Shown here piece by piece: positions 13,195 through 25,743 of a stretch of DNA of 64,000 bases (position 1 is the first letter of the stretch; each line of letters starts with the position of its first letter). The notes beneath the pieces are model-generated. The model saw nothing but the letters and a program-made list of their open reading frames with translations, searched no databases and had not been told where the DNA came from. The DNA is from Xylographa opegraphella. Its lineage: Eukaryota. Both the position numbers and the translations under genes were made by a program. Location of the stretch: the NCBI GenBank assembly GCA_022813865.1, contig JALDZX010000026.1:62001-126000 (forward strand), read 5' to 3'.

Positions 13195-14330
13195 TTATGA
13201 GCGTTCCCCGTTAAGCAACTGAGCTCCACTTTGCTCGTGCGAGCCCTGTCTATCCCGCTGGCCTTCCTCAGCTTCGCGTTCCTGAACTTTCCCCTGATCG
13301 GCATGCTTTGCCGGGTCGAACACATATATCGGGAATTCCAAAAATATAGTGCGTTTGAGTATAGTTGGAGTGTGGACGTAAAGCTGTGGTGGAAAGGGAA
13401 CCATGATACTCGTTCTCTCCGTATAGGTTTTGTATGACTCCCAGCCATTACCACTCTCATACCTTTTCTTCGCGCCAGGTCTCTCTTGAAGATTTAAACC
13501 AGAAACGAACATGAGAAGGACTGTGAGAAAGATGGCACCAAGCACAGTAGCAGAGAGAGCATTGTATGCGGCGCCAGTGACGTAGCCATATGCTGCTGGA
13601 GATACAGCGATCATGTATATTCCTGAGCGAATCGTTAGTTGGGCTCCATAATCCACAACATTTCGAACTTACCAAATTGGATTATGATCTCGCCGAAGTA
13701 GTTTGGATGCCGGCTGATGGTGAAAAGACCGACATCGCAGACCTTACCTTTGTTCTCTGGCTTGCTCCTGAAAATGTACTTCTGCACATCCGAAACGCTC
13801 TCCAAGAAGAAGCCGATAGCAAACAGTATGACGCCAGCAATGTCTCGTCCAGTACCAAACGCTGGCTGGGGAAATTGTGTAATATTCGGAGAATTCAGTA
13901 CAGTCACAGGTAGAGAGACAGTCCACACCCAGATCATCTGGAATACCCAGAATCCGAGAAAGGGGAAGAACTTGTCGCGTTTGTCGTCGAAACGGTCATC
14001 CTTCCCGGTTTTGATGATCCGAAACAACAGGAATGCTGAGAGTCGTGCGCCCCACAACATTATAAAGATCGAGACGACGATTTGCCGGGCATCAGGTTTA
14101 CTAGAAATGGCTAGGGTAATTATAGCTAGGACGACGAAATTGGTTCCACCCGCAAAGTCTGCGGACACAAGTCAGCGATGGGAAACCGATATCGCTGGAG
14201 CCAATCGAATACCAGTCAATTTGTCGAACTTGAGTGAAAACGCGATCGCAAAGAAGAACAATTGGTAGCCAATGGTGATCAATAAGGTAATAGCCAAATA
14301 ATAGTCATCCAGTACGTGTACCGCCCCCAT
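13195..14330 (-). CDS. DUF1295 / steroid 5-alpha-reductase-like membrane protein
   Basis: MGAVHVLDDYYL start, DFAGGTNF, GKDDRFD, SRHPNYFGE, FVSGLNLQE. Two introns. Confidence 0.9.
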
Positions 14331-15371
14331 GATGTTACTTGTATGTATTCAAAGTGCATGCAAAGGAAGATAGCTGGCAGCGCGATATATACAGTATTAT
14401 TCTCCTTGTAGGCAGCATGGTCTGCTCGAGACTAGAATCCGCCAACGTACACTTTACCAGTCCAGGCGTGCTTGTTCGACAGCCGCCAAGCCGCCGATTC
14501 CGAGCTTAATATCACGAAATGACGTCGTTGATTTCGTCCGCCAATCAGACGCAACTCCGTCGGGCGATTCTGAGCTCCGACTTTCCGACTCCAATTCCAC
14601 AATACTTGCTCACAGAGTAGAGTTGTATAAGGAACTCAAATTGTGTCCGGTAGAACAAAAGATGGTTGTCTGTAATACAACGGTCTTTGCTCGCCAGGCC
14701 TTCGTCTACCAATGTTGATCATGCCCTCTGCTGCGGTTTTCACTGAACTTGGCCTTACAAGTTTCTTCTCATTCGCACATCTAACCATCTGATATCACTA
14801 TCTGCTGTTCAACGTCTATGGTATCACGGCTCATGACTCGTGGGCTTTTGGAAATGATGTAGCCTTGTTTATTATTGTTGTTTGTTCAGCGTGGAACAGT
14901 TTGAACCTCTCGTACTTCTAAGAGTGCAGGAAAAGGAGTGTGTTGAAAATAGACAGCCTGCTCATCATCCTTCGTTTCGATCAACTGCGCTCTCCTAGCA
15001 CTTCTCAGGGCACTAAAGAGGAGCTATGGTCCTCATACATAGGCCAAAATTCCAACTCACTTACCTTAACCAGCGCTTAATCGAGTCAAAAGCTTTATGC
15101 AGAACCGTTTAGTGAACATCACAATCTGAGCAAGGCGGATACACGGACCTTTTAGGACCACAGACGCTTGACCAAGTTGCCCAAGGCCCTCTTGTAAGAT
15201 CCATATCCGGCTGTTGAAATCCCGGAGTCAGCTTTACACTACGACATAAGTGCCGCGGGACCTGGAACGTTTCAACAGTGTATGCTGCTCCACGCAGATG
15301 TCTCAAACTTCAGTACACCCAAGATGTCTTCATATCCACAGACAACGGCAATAAAAAAGTAGCAGACTTAC

Positions 15372-15944
15372 AGTACGAGCCAGCCGGAGGATAAGTACCA
15401 TAGCTAGCATAGGATGGTGCATAAGTTCCTAGACACTATTCAGTTCTAGTAAGGCTCGACCGAGTAAGAAGATTTACCATAATCCGCATACGAACCATAA
15501 CTGGTTGGCTCTGGTGCCGCTTCTGCTTCAGCTACTGGCTCGGGGATCGCCTCAGCAACTGGCTCCGGCTCGGGTACAGCATCACGCTTCTTCTCAGTCT
15601 CAACATTCAGACCATCCGCCTCTCTCTTATATGCTCTGAAAGATGCCACATGACAGTCAGTGTTCATCAATCATTACATCCCAACCTCTTTACACTCGTA
15701 CCCATAACCTGAATAACTGCCTGCAGGAGGATAGGTTCCTAGGAAGTGTCAGCGTAAAGTATTCTGCAGAAGCCGCGAGAAGAAATGGAAAGCTACCGTA
15801 TCCAGAGTAGCTACCATAGTCGGTAGGTTCCGGTTCTGGCGCAGCATCACGTTTCTGGTCAGCCTCGACTGGAATGGGGTTTGCAATGACAATCGTGGCC
15901 GAGGCGAGCGCCAGCAGAGCAAGGATGTTCTGAGTGAGCTTCAT
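15372..15944 (-). CDS. Secreted Kex2-processed Tyr-rich repeat precursor (putative RiPP precursor); 3' end unresolved
   Basis: Exons 15944-15797, 15738-15702, 15635-15478 and 15428-15372 splice in frame (GT-AG). Translation: MKLTQNILALLALASATIVIANPIPVEADQKR-DAAPEPEP-TDYGSYSGYGTYPPAGSYSGYGAY-KR-EADGLNVETEKKR-DAVPEPEPVAEAIPEPVAEAEAAPEP-TSYGSYADYGTYAPSYASYGTYPPAGSY. Confidence 0.85.
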
Positions 15945-17058
15945 GATGAACATTGATGTCAGGAGTGGGTGCGGTATTTGGGAACAGAGATGGATGAGGA
16001 GATGGCTTCAAGTTGAGAGGGAACGAGCTTCACTGAGAGACGAGGAAGCCCTCATTTAAGAAGGTTGGGATGAAATTTGCTACCTTCTTGGACTCCTGGA
16101 CAAGTGCCCATCATGGCCTCCCGGACCAACCTCGGTGGTCTTGTCTTCTGTTACCATCGGTGATAGTGGCAAGCCGGGACGTGCCTTGCAGGAAGAAGTC
16201 ACTCGTAATCACTTCTGTTGGCTCAGTTAGGGTAACATACGGGCTGCGAGCTTGGTATACGAGCATTCAACATGGCTTTCAATCCCCAAAGGCTCCTCGC
16301 TGTCTTAGTACCAAGCACAGTCATCTAGTCGACATGACTGCTGCGAGGCATCACAAGGTCCTTCAGACGATTTGAGTAAAGATCGGTAGAGGTGACCGTG
16401 GAAGCTTGAGCGACACTATGCACAACCCCGCATCTCACCGGTTACCGCAGAGTGCTGCTCGTGTTCTGAGAGACAACTCGCGTGATGAACTTCGTAACCT
16501 CGTATAAAGGCGAGGACTGACGCGTTGAAGGCAATAAATTACGCACTAAAATGCAAAAGTTACCCGTTTGGGGTCAAGCGGGTGCCTTCGGAGTTAAAGC
16601 AAGGTTTCTGGCGTTTAGGGCTGCCCGGGTGCAATGTTAACATAAGCGAACCCCGCCTTTCGGTGAGACTTTAGGGGTGAGTTTCACCAACACAAACAGT
16701 TCTCGGATGCACACGAACTTCATGGTAGCACCCTGCTTTGTACGAGCTGCCCCTATGCGGCTGGTTTGCATCCCACAGACATGTTACTATGGCACGCTCG
16801 ACCACGCCAGTGTGGACTGCGTATACGAAGACGTACAGCTAGGTGCATTTCCGCTCAGGCCACCCTAATGGGGTGAGAGTTGGCTGGTGAGGCTTGAGAC
16901 TATCGGATTGCCAGCCTACCTACGAATTGAGCCTCCTCTTGATATCATGGTCTTGTTCACACGATGTCCCTAGAGCTCCTAGAGTCCCCATTCATCTGTA
17001 CTTCGGCTCCATGTCGTTCTACCCGCAGAGCGTTGCTTGTTGACTGTCCGATCATACA

Positions 17059-18140
17059 ATGTTCAGATATATTCGTGAGAAGAAGGTCAAATTCAGTCCG
17101 CTTCCGCAAGCAGAGGATCAGAATGCATTGATTCCCGATTCAAGTAGTGTGGAGGCACTGGCCTCGTTGTCGAGAACCAGACCAACACGACTCCCAATTG
17201 CTCTTCTCTTTACTCTATCGCTTCCTATTACTGCTCTCCTAGGAGCATGGCTGGGAAGCCAGTGGCTCGCTGACGCCGATTCTCTCTGTATCAACCATAT
17301 TTCTCAATCGTGTAAGCAGACGAACTGCGATGCATTCAATGTTTTGCTGATGCTTTATGCAGCCCCTGTAACAAGAGACCTAGGCATAACATACGAAATC
17401 GTTGCCTTCAATGGCTCCTTATTGAAAGAGAACATATTCCGACAAGACGCGAGTCCTGAAGTTGACGCAGCGTGGCAGTCTTTAGGCGTCGATTGTGAGC
17501 AATTTTAACAGCGCCACAGGATTCACAGCTCACTGTAACGAACAACAGATCGGTCTGCCATCATCCCAGTTGACCTTGCGGAGCAGGCTGGTCTCTCTCC
17601 AGATCACGTCCAAGTGAGTGAGAAGTACGGGGGTGGCTTCCCAGCTAATGTTGAGGGGCTCCACCACCTCCACTGTCTTGTAAGCATCTGCTGGAAAAAA
17701 TAAATGATTTAGCTCTGACCCCTTGGCCCAAGAATCTTCTCCGCCAAGGCCTCTACTACAATTACGAATACTACCACTCGCGGGGCGAGGACGCCTTCAA
17801 GAACTCCGACGAGATCATCCGCTTCCACGTTTGTGCGTACCACAAGAACATGCTTTATTTCTAAATGTCCAGGCCGCGCAGCTACTAACAGCTCCCAGCC
17901 CATTGCCTTGACATCCTCCGCCAGCAGCTCATGTGCACCGTGGATATTGCCGTGCTAGGGCAAGTATGGTGGGACAAGTCCTCGCCGAGAGCGTATCCCG
18001 ATTTCAATACGCGGCACAAATGCCGGAACTTTGATGCCGTGCGGAGGTGGGCGGAGGAGCGCCAGGCGCCGGAAGGGGTACCGCCGGATTATTTGCAACC
18101 GCCGGCGAGTCTGGATGATGTGTATGCTACGATACCGTGA
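17059..18140 (+). CDS. DUF3328 / UstYa-family oxidase
   Basis: Exons 17059-17311, 17363-17494, 17549-17679, 17733-17832 and 17899-18140. N-terminal TM helix, SPEVDAAW, LHHLHCLNLLRQ, FHVSHCLDILRQQLMC and HKCRNFDAVRRWAEE. Confidence 0.93.
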
Positions 18141-18915
18141 TAGGGAGTATGGATGATGGGTTGCAAACTATAGGACAAGATTTGGTCGTAGCCGATGCGA
18201 TAAAGCCAGTTTTAAGCTTCCCCTGTCCATGTCGCGATGTGGCCTTGTGATTTGAATCCATTTCTCAACCGATACCAAATACCCTGACAGCATCTCCCAT
18301 TACATCCACTGCCTCGACAGACTTCGACCACCTGAGTTGTCAGTTCTTACCGACCCGAGCGTGAAAAACATACCTCTGTACATGAGTTTGAACCACTCCC
18401 TCGACCTAACCAGTCACGGCCACGACACCCAAGTCAATAGAGCACGAGTTTCTAATAGTCCGCAGCTCATCCTGCACGTACCAACGCCCCTTCTAAGCAA
18501 TAAGGGAATAACCAGCATACCCCATACACGACACGTCAAGGAAGTCTGAAAATAGCATGTGTGCGCAAGTCAGTCCACAATGGCCAAGGTTTTATACTCT
18601 AGGTGTTTACACTACCCGTGCCTGGAATCAACATGACCGCAGCGGAAGACATGATGACGATTGAGCCGGATAGAGCCTTGGAATTCACAAAGTCCCTCAT
18701 AAAAACTCCCAGGAACAACTCGACTCGCTTTATTCGTCTCTACATGAATCCTATCAGCGACAAAATGCATACGACATACGATACCACCCCCCGCCCCACT
18801 CCGCCCAACCACCCCCCCAATCTCGCCCCCTGCCCCACACAACGAACACACTTAGCAACCACTCCGCAAGCACTCGACCGCTACTCAAAACATCCCCTTC
18901 TCCCCACCCCCCTCC

Positions 18916-21900
18916 TCACCAATCATCATCCTCCTCCGGCTTCCCCTGCATACTCGCCTGCCTAGCCCTCAACGCCTCCGCCAAGCCGCCCGCCAGACTA
19001 GGCGCGCCCTTGCCGCTCTCAGGCGTCGCTCTGCCGCTCCCGTTGCCATTCATCGTCATGCTGACGGCGCTATCTCTGGGAGCCGGGGGCGGGGCTGTTT
19101 TGCGCACGGCGGGACGCTTGGTCGGCGGCGCGGGCGGCGTGGGCTTGGCTTTGGCGATGGGGAGCGCGACGCCGTTGGTGGCGGGCTGGGGGGCGGGGAT
19201 GGAGTGGCGGGCGGGAGTTGGCGGTGGTGGGGGCGGTTGGGCGGCGCGGGTGGGGAGTTCTTCCTTGAGGTAGGCGGAGGGGGCCCAGCCTTGGCCGGCG
19301 CCGGAGAGCTTTTTGGCGAGCCACCAGCCTGGGGGGTTATGTAAGCTTGGGGAAAGGGCGAGGGGGCAGAGGGTTTTCGTGGGAGGGGTTGTGAAGCTTA
19401 CCATTTCCCTCTTTCTGCAGGATTTCGAGCAGCTCGTCTTTTTGGATGGACAGCTCGGTCGTGCCGCTCGTGCCGCCGAAGTCGTACAGGACCCGGTAGA
19501 TGTCTTTCTTGATCTGGGGCGCGGCTGCTGGCGGCGGTGGCGGAGGGGGTGGAGCGCGGGTGACTGAAGACGAAGACTCGGTTCGGGCATGGCCGAATCC
19601 GTTCGCCGCCGCCACGGGCTGAGGGACTGGTCGCGATTGTATTGGTAGCGGTTGGGTGACGGTTTGCTGTGCGCGCGGAGGCTGTTGGGGTACAGGTCTT
19701 GCAGCTACTGGTCGGGAAGCAGCTTTAGTAGGACCTCCGCCGGGGCCGCCTGGACGTAGCAGTTTGCCATTGGTGATTGGCTTCCCAGGAATTCGTTTTG
19801 CTTTTGGTGTAGGTCTCGATCTGGAGTTGGGCGACTCCCCAGGCCCTGTGTGAATAGTCCCGCTCTTATAAAGATCGTCCCTTTGGACAGTATTGTCCTT
19901 CACAACCTTGATGGCCGTCGGCTTCCCCGGTTTCTTGTTGTATTCAATACTAAACAGAGGTCAGCACGCAATCTCATAGATTGACTTGTAACTTACGAGT
20001 CTGCTATCTTCAAATTAAGTCCGCCAGGCATGGCCATCTTCAAGTGAGTGAAGAACTCGGTCTTGAAAACACAATTTAGTAGTGGATCGGGTTCTTGAGC
20101 TGAGCCGATACCGAAAGAGAACCAATCGTCCTTCAAGACTGATGTGCTAACGTATTTGATGGACCCAAGCGGTATAGTGCGCTCCGACGATATACGCAAC
20201 TGCCGCTCAACCATGGATTGGACAATGATATAAACGTTCTTATTAGTCTGTGTCTTTGGTCAGTCTCTTGATATCTTCTGAATACGAAACTACTGCTAGG
20301 ACTCACCAAAACCAGTATCCTGGGACTCGGCTTGCTTGATCGGCCAAACTTTGCCACTAGAAGATCACACCTGCACGAGAATAGCACTCTTTCCTGGCCT
20401 GCTCACCCAGTCAGTCAACCAAGAATCAAAAGCATCGATCATGCTTACCACTGATATTGACAGAATTGCGAATAAGCTCGCCTGAGCCACCTCTGTTTCC
20501 CACTCCAAGGTAGTCTCCTAAAAATCTCCTTGACCCGACAAGACTATACCTTCTTCGCTCCTTGCGGTTCTGTAGCACTTCATGTCCATAGTCTCTCAAC
20601 TTTATGAACTCCAAGCCGCCATTGACCTTTCTCCAAAATCGTTGAATTCGAGTTGCACACTCGACACGATATCGAACATAATTCCGCCACGCCCTTTGGA
20701 TTCTCACAGCCATATTCGACCAGTACCGATCTCGCATTGCCTCAAGAGCGAAAAGGGTTTCGGGAGTCTTGATGAAAGCTTTAGTCACCCCCATCTGGTA
20801 TTCTTCGATTGGTATACTGGTATCCTTCAAGATCTGCTTTGTACCAGAAAGCGAATCACCTGTCCATGTATAGTCTCCAGCATAAGAAGTCTTTGGAGAG
20901 AGCAAGTAAAAACGCTCCACGAACTTATCGAAGGTCTGCCGATAAGCGAAACCGGCTCTGCGTATCCGCACGTTCTCCTGTAATCCAAGGTACTTGATTT
21001 GATGCATGACATTCGCCACGTTGTACTCGGTTGGGGACTTGTTGTCGTTGGGCTTGATGGTTCGAATATATGATGGAGAAGCTTTCATAAGAGTGTCTAC
21101 AAGTTCATTTGCAGAGGCCTTGATCTTGTCTCCCGCAGTTGGCGGTCGTCGTTTGTCGTCTTGATTAACCTCGTTAGGAAATAACGAGTGGACGAAGTCG
21201 TTGGAGCTTTCCGAGACAAGGTTCAGAATGTCCTTCAGTAGTTGATCCTTATTCTTATCCGTCATACCCTCGATAGCATAACTAACATCTCCGGCATAGT
21301 GTTTGATGATAAATTGACCTTGTCGAGGCTGGAAGTGTGGATTTGAGGATAGCGCATTGAGTCTTTGGACAAAGGTTTGGTCCGCAGCTCCCGGATCGGC
21401 ATGAGCAGTTGCACAGGCGTCATTGAGCGCAGCAAATACTCCTGGTGGTCGTTTTTCTTCGATCAATTGGCAAACTATCTTATTATCGAAATAGTTGATA
21501 GGTGTCCACTGAATTTGCTCCCTAGCGTATTCTTCTTGCTCGGTCCTGAGAGTTAGCTGAATGAAGATTTGTTGCAGCTTTTCATTAACATAATTGATGC
21601 AAAGTTGCTCGAAGCTGTTTCTTTCAAAAATTTCAAACCCATAGATGTCTAATATACCAACAGAATTCGCCACGACTCCGCGGGCTTTGAGAGAAGCATT
21701 AACTCTCTCTACGATCCAGTCAAAGAGATTGAAGTAAAGGGCTTTAGCCAGAGCGTCCCGAACCGATGAGGCCTGGGTGATGTTCAATGGAACCTCATAA
21801 ACTGAACCTCGGCGACCACCACGACTAGTTTCCACGATTCTAATGGTCAGTGCCTTGTTCACGTGAGCCGAATCAACTTCCAATAGATATGCCACAAAAT

Positions 21901-23113
21901 CAACCACAGATTGGTCACTTATGGCCGCATTTTCATCGTCGTTTTGGATATAAGAGACGTTTCCGAGCCAGAGAATAGCCGCTAGTATCCGGAAGATGTT
22001 GTCTTGCTCGCTCTGAGCTAATCCAATCACTCTCATCGCATTGAGCGTATCGTTGAAATCAGAGACGTCATCAATACCAGGGACATCGAAGCATTTTGAT
22101 CGGCTTGTATAGGTATAACTTTGTGGTTGCTGAATACCGAATAGCTCTATAGAAGCTATCAGCGGCGTAGTTCCGGCTCATACACTGGGATCCCATACCT
22201 CTATGGCTCTGTGAAGCGGCCTTTGCGAATTGATAGAAAATGTGGAAATTCCGCTCATTTGTGATCTGACCGACCACTCGCGTTTTTTCAAGTAGATAGT
22301 TGGTAATATTGGCTCCGATTGGTTCCCCGTGGTCATTGAACTGCAGTTCCAGGTACTTACCAAATCTTGAGGAATTATTATTCCTAAGCGTTTTTGCATT
22401 TCCAAAGGACTCTAATAACGGATTCGTTGCTAGAACCATGTCTTTAATCTCTTGGATAGCCGCATTGCTTCCTCCGGAAACACTCGCTATGTACTGCATG
22501 ATCCTTTTCGCGGCTTCGGTTTTACCCGCTCCTGACTCTCCTGAGATGATGACGCATTGGTTCTCCTTGTAGCCCTTCATATTGTAGTATGCCGATTCTG
22601 CCACCGCAAAGACATGTGGCGGTACCTCCAGTCGATTTTTGTCGCGGTACGACTTCAGAACTTGATCTGTATAAATACCCACTGTCACAGAATTAGCCAC
22701 ACTGGGCTTGAAAGTTATTGGACCGACGCACAATCGCGGAAAGGGTTTACTGAGACGAGCACATGGCCGATATATGTCTAATAGACGATGTTAGTCTTAA
22801 GTATCACCACCTCTTAGGCTCGTATCCACGAACGTATATCTCAGCATTCTCAAACCGTTTCTTCAAATTATCGTTGATGGCTTCATTGGAGATCTTGCTG
22901 AGCAGCGTGAGATCCGAAACGCCAACCTCCTTCTTCTTCGAGCTCTCAAAGACTGCCTTCTTGACCTGCGGCTTGCCCCCTCCTCCGCCTGCTGAGGATT
23001 TTGCATTGCCAGCATCCTTCTTTCGACCGGCGCGTTTTGTTACGGCCTGAATTTCGCAGAAGTCAGCTACTTGGACCTCTGTAGAATCTGGGCTGCCGAA
23101 GACGATGTACCAT
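18916..23113 (-). CDS. myoA: Class I myosin (MyoA/Myo3/5 type)
   Basis: P-loop [26 protein letters not shown] motifs, TH1, SH3, Pro-rich region and acidic end EEDDDW. Multi-exon; first exon is ATG only (23113-23111). Confidence 0.97.
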
Positions 23114-24207
23114 TTGTAAGAGAATTAACGACCGGTTGGATGCTTCATAAGCCCAGGCGCAAGCGGTACAACGATAAGCTGGAAGTACTGTTGATATCGT
23201 GCAGAGAACAGGTGTTGAAATACGGTGAGATGATTGATGGCACTGGCAGATATTTCGATCGCAGATCTATATGTTCCTCGTGCCTACGTAAGTTACCAAG
23301 TCAATCTCTAAGTATCCGTCTCAGTAATCCATGGGCTCTGACGAACGCAATTGATAAGGCTGAATATCTGCGCCACAGCCGCGAATCCGCCAATTGAGTA
23401 GCCGCCACTCAACTAGGAAACTACACAGCAGAAGCTCCACTTCTACAGCAGGTTCAAGATTGACGTACTGAGGTGTTCCCTAGGCCGTTCTTGACTTACT
23501 GCAGGTTGGACCCATCAATTTACTCAATGAAGCCTTGGGCCATTGTTAGGAGTACTTTAAAAGTACTACGAGAGTACTCTTAACAAGTTTTAAGAACAGT
23601 CTTGGCTCACTGTTGTAGACATCCTGGACTTATACATTCATTTTGGGTCAAGAGTCGACTGATCGCAATCAGAAAGCTCCTTTTTTGCCAAAAGCTTCGT
23701 CTATTCCAGAGGTGTACAATGCCGATTTGGGCCGGTGACCAAACTCATACCTCTTGGTCGTATGTGCGTTGGCCAGAAGATCAGGCATCATTCCACTATC
23801 ACATTAGTTCAATGGTGCTTCGTCCATGAGAGACGCCATTTATATTGAGGAACAAGACTTGGGAAGGCTCAATCTCGAATATCACTAAGTCAGGCCAGTC
23901 AGAAGCGCCTCCTAAATGATGACTTGGTCTAGACTTGTAGACATGTGTTGGACCTAAGCAAGTCCAATCAATGTCTGAAGATATGATAATAATAGCTGCT
24001 GGATATGTAATGAGTCGTATATACAGCCATAGCACTAACCCAAACCCACCATTCCTCGTCGCCGATATCATTCCAACAGTGTACAGCAGTCATATAATAA
24101 TAAGCTGTGGGAGATCCCATCCTTAACATCTCATCTAATGCCCCTTTCTTTTCCATATAACGCCCACGCTAAAATGAGGATAATGAGGATAATGATAGAT
24201 TGCAGAA

Positions 24208-25743
24208 TCACGTGTCTTTACTTTCTCTTCTCGCCCTTCTTCGACTTCTAGCACTGGCTCTGATAGCATCGTCGGTCAGCATCGCCCTCGGCAGATCGAA
24301 TGGCCGCTCCGCAGGCTCTGGTACAATCTGTCCGAAGGCGAATCGAGTCCGACCTCGCCGATGCTTTCCCAATGCCGCTTCGCGCATATACGATTTGGAG
24401 TAGAATGACGTGAACGGCCTCTCAAGAGGTAACGGTTGCACAGAAGCTACGATAGCATTTCTGCCCTTGTGCTTAGTTCGTGATGCAGAGACAGATTCGT
24501 TCTGAAGCTGTAAAGCTGCAAGAGCATCGACGTCGTGAGGACTTATCGCACTGTTTTCATAAGAGCCACCTGATTCACCTTCATCCTCGTCATCTTCTTC
24601 CTCATCCGCCTTCACACTGAGCTCCTTCTCAACCTTCCTCCGTTTTTCCTCTTCCTTCCATCTTCTAAATTTGTCAATCAGCAAACTGACCTCGCGGACA
24701 AACCAGTCTCTCTTGGACTCGAAGGACTTCTTCTCAGAATCTGTGATCCCACTGATTCCCATTATACGCAGCCAGTCGTGGCCTTTCAGTCCCTCCAGGA
24801 GCCTTTCCAATTGGATCTTCTCATGTTGGGCTCGTTCCCTCTCGATATTACGTAGCTGCTTTTCTTGCCTCTCAGCACGACGATGGGCTTTGAAGTAAAT
24901 GTCATCGCTCAATGGGTCTGTGGCTGTGTAAGGCACATGTTGTGCGATGGACGAAAAGTCGATCTTCTGGGCGACGCTAGAGGTACTTGAGCCGGTTGCA
25001 GCATTCGCTAATGGGTGGAGGGAGCCGGTATACCGGTCGGCTTCATGAGAGCCAGAATCAGTCAGCCATGTCGTAGGCTTCGACCCGTCGAGTGATTGGG
25101 TTGGTCTGGGAGCTTCGTCAATGATGAGAATTTGCGTGTCTGCTGTCAAGATTTCTAATATTATTAGGAATTGGCCGGCTTCAATAGTTGATCACAGAAT
25201 ACCTGTATTCTTCGGCTCGTTGCCGATGAGTTCCTCATAATTGTGAAAATACAGCGAGAGCTCGCTTTTGGAACGAGATCCGCCGTCATGTGAACGCAAA
25301 GTCCGTTTGTCTACGGCTTTGATAACCTTTCCATTAGTTCCTTTATGACCTTTGACTGTACTGTTGACTGATAGTTGCTCCTTTGCCAAAGTGAGGTTAT
25401 TCGTGGTAATCACGCTATTGGCAGGAAGTTGTATGGTGGGATTTGTGCGCGTAGTGAAGAAGGCTGCCGTCGTCGGACCACCCGGAGATTCCTCGCCAGG
25501 TGACAACGACGTTGTTGCAGACACTTTGGGGAGGACATGAGGATGGTTGAGTGCTGTGACACTGAGCTTGAGCTTTTTGGATAAATGATGGTCACCATTG
25601 CCCAAGCAATTATCGTGCGCACGTTTGCCTAGGTGTTTTGTAGAGGAATGGGTGTTGGAGCCGCCTGCGGTCGCGATGTCGTCAGGCAGGTGCGTGCTTT
25701 GCCGCGAAGACGAACGAAGAGATGGCCTCGGTGGAACGGCCAT
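24208..25743 (-). CDS. SAS4: Sas4 (SAS acetyltransferase complex subunit) domain protein
   Basis: DPLSDDIYFKAHRRAERQEKQLRNIERERAQHEK and WLRIMGISG; upstream RTLRSHDGGSRSKSELSLYF. One intron near 25150-25200. Confidence 0.82.

Noticed and set aside
13195..14330. DUF1295 gene as part of the RiPP cluster
   Set aside because: It looks like a widely conserved gene, and only adjacency links it to the pair.
14880..15371. Further exons of the precursor (e.g. SFDSIKRWL near 15064-15092)
   Set aside because: Several acceptors are possible and none gives Tyr repeats, so no model can be chosen without cDNA.
15372..15944. Alpha-type mating pheromone precursor
   Set aside because: It shares the KR and X-A/X-P processing signals. 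However, the cores lack the Cys-containing WC...GQ.C-like pattern of Pezizomycotina alpha pheromones, and a DUF3328 gene is adjacent.
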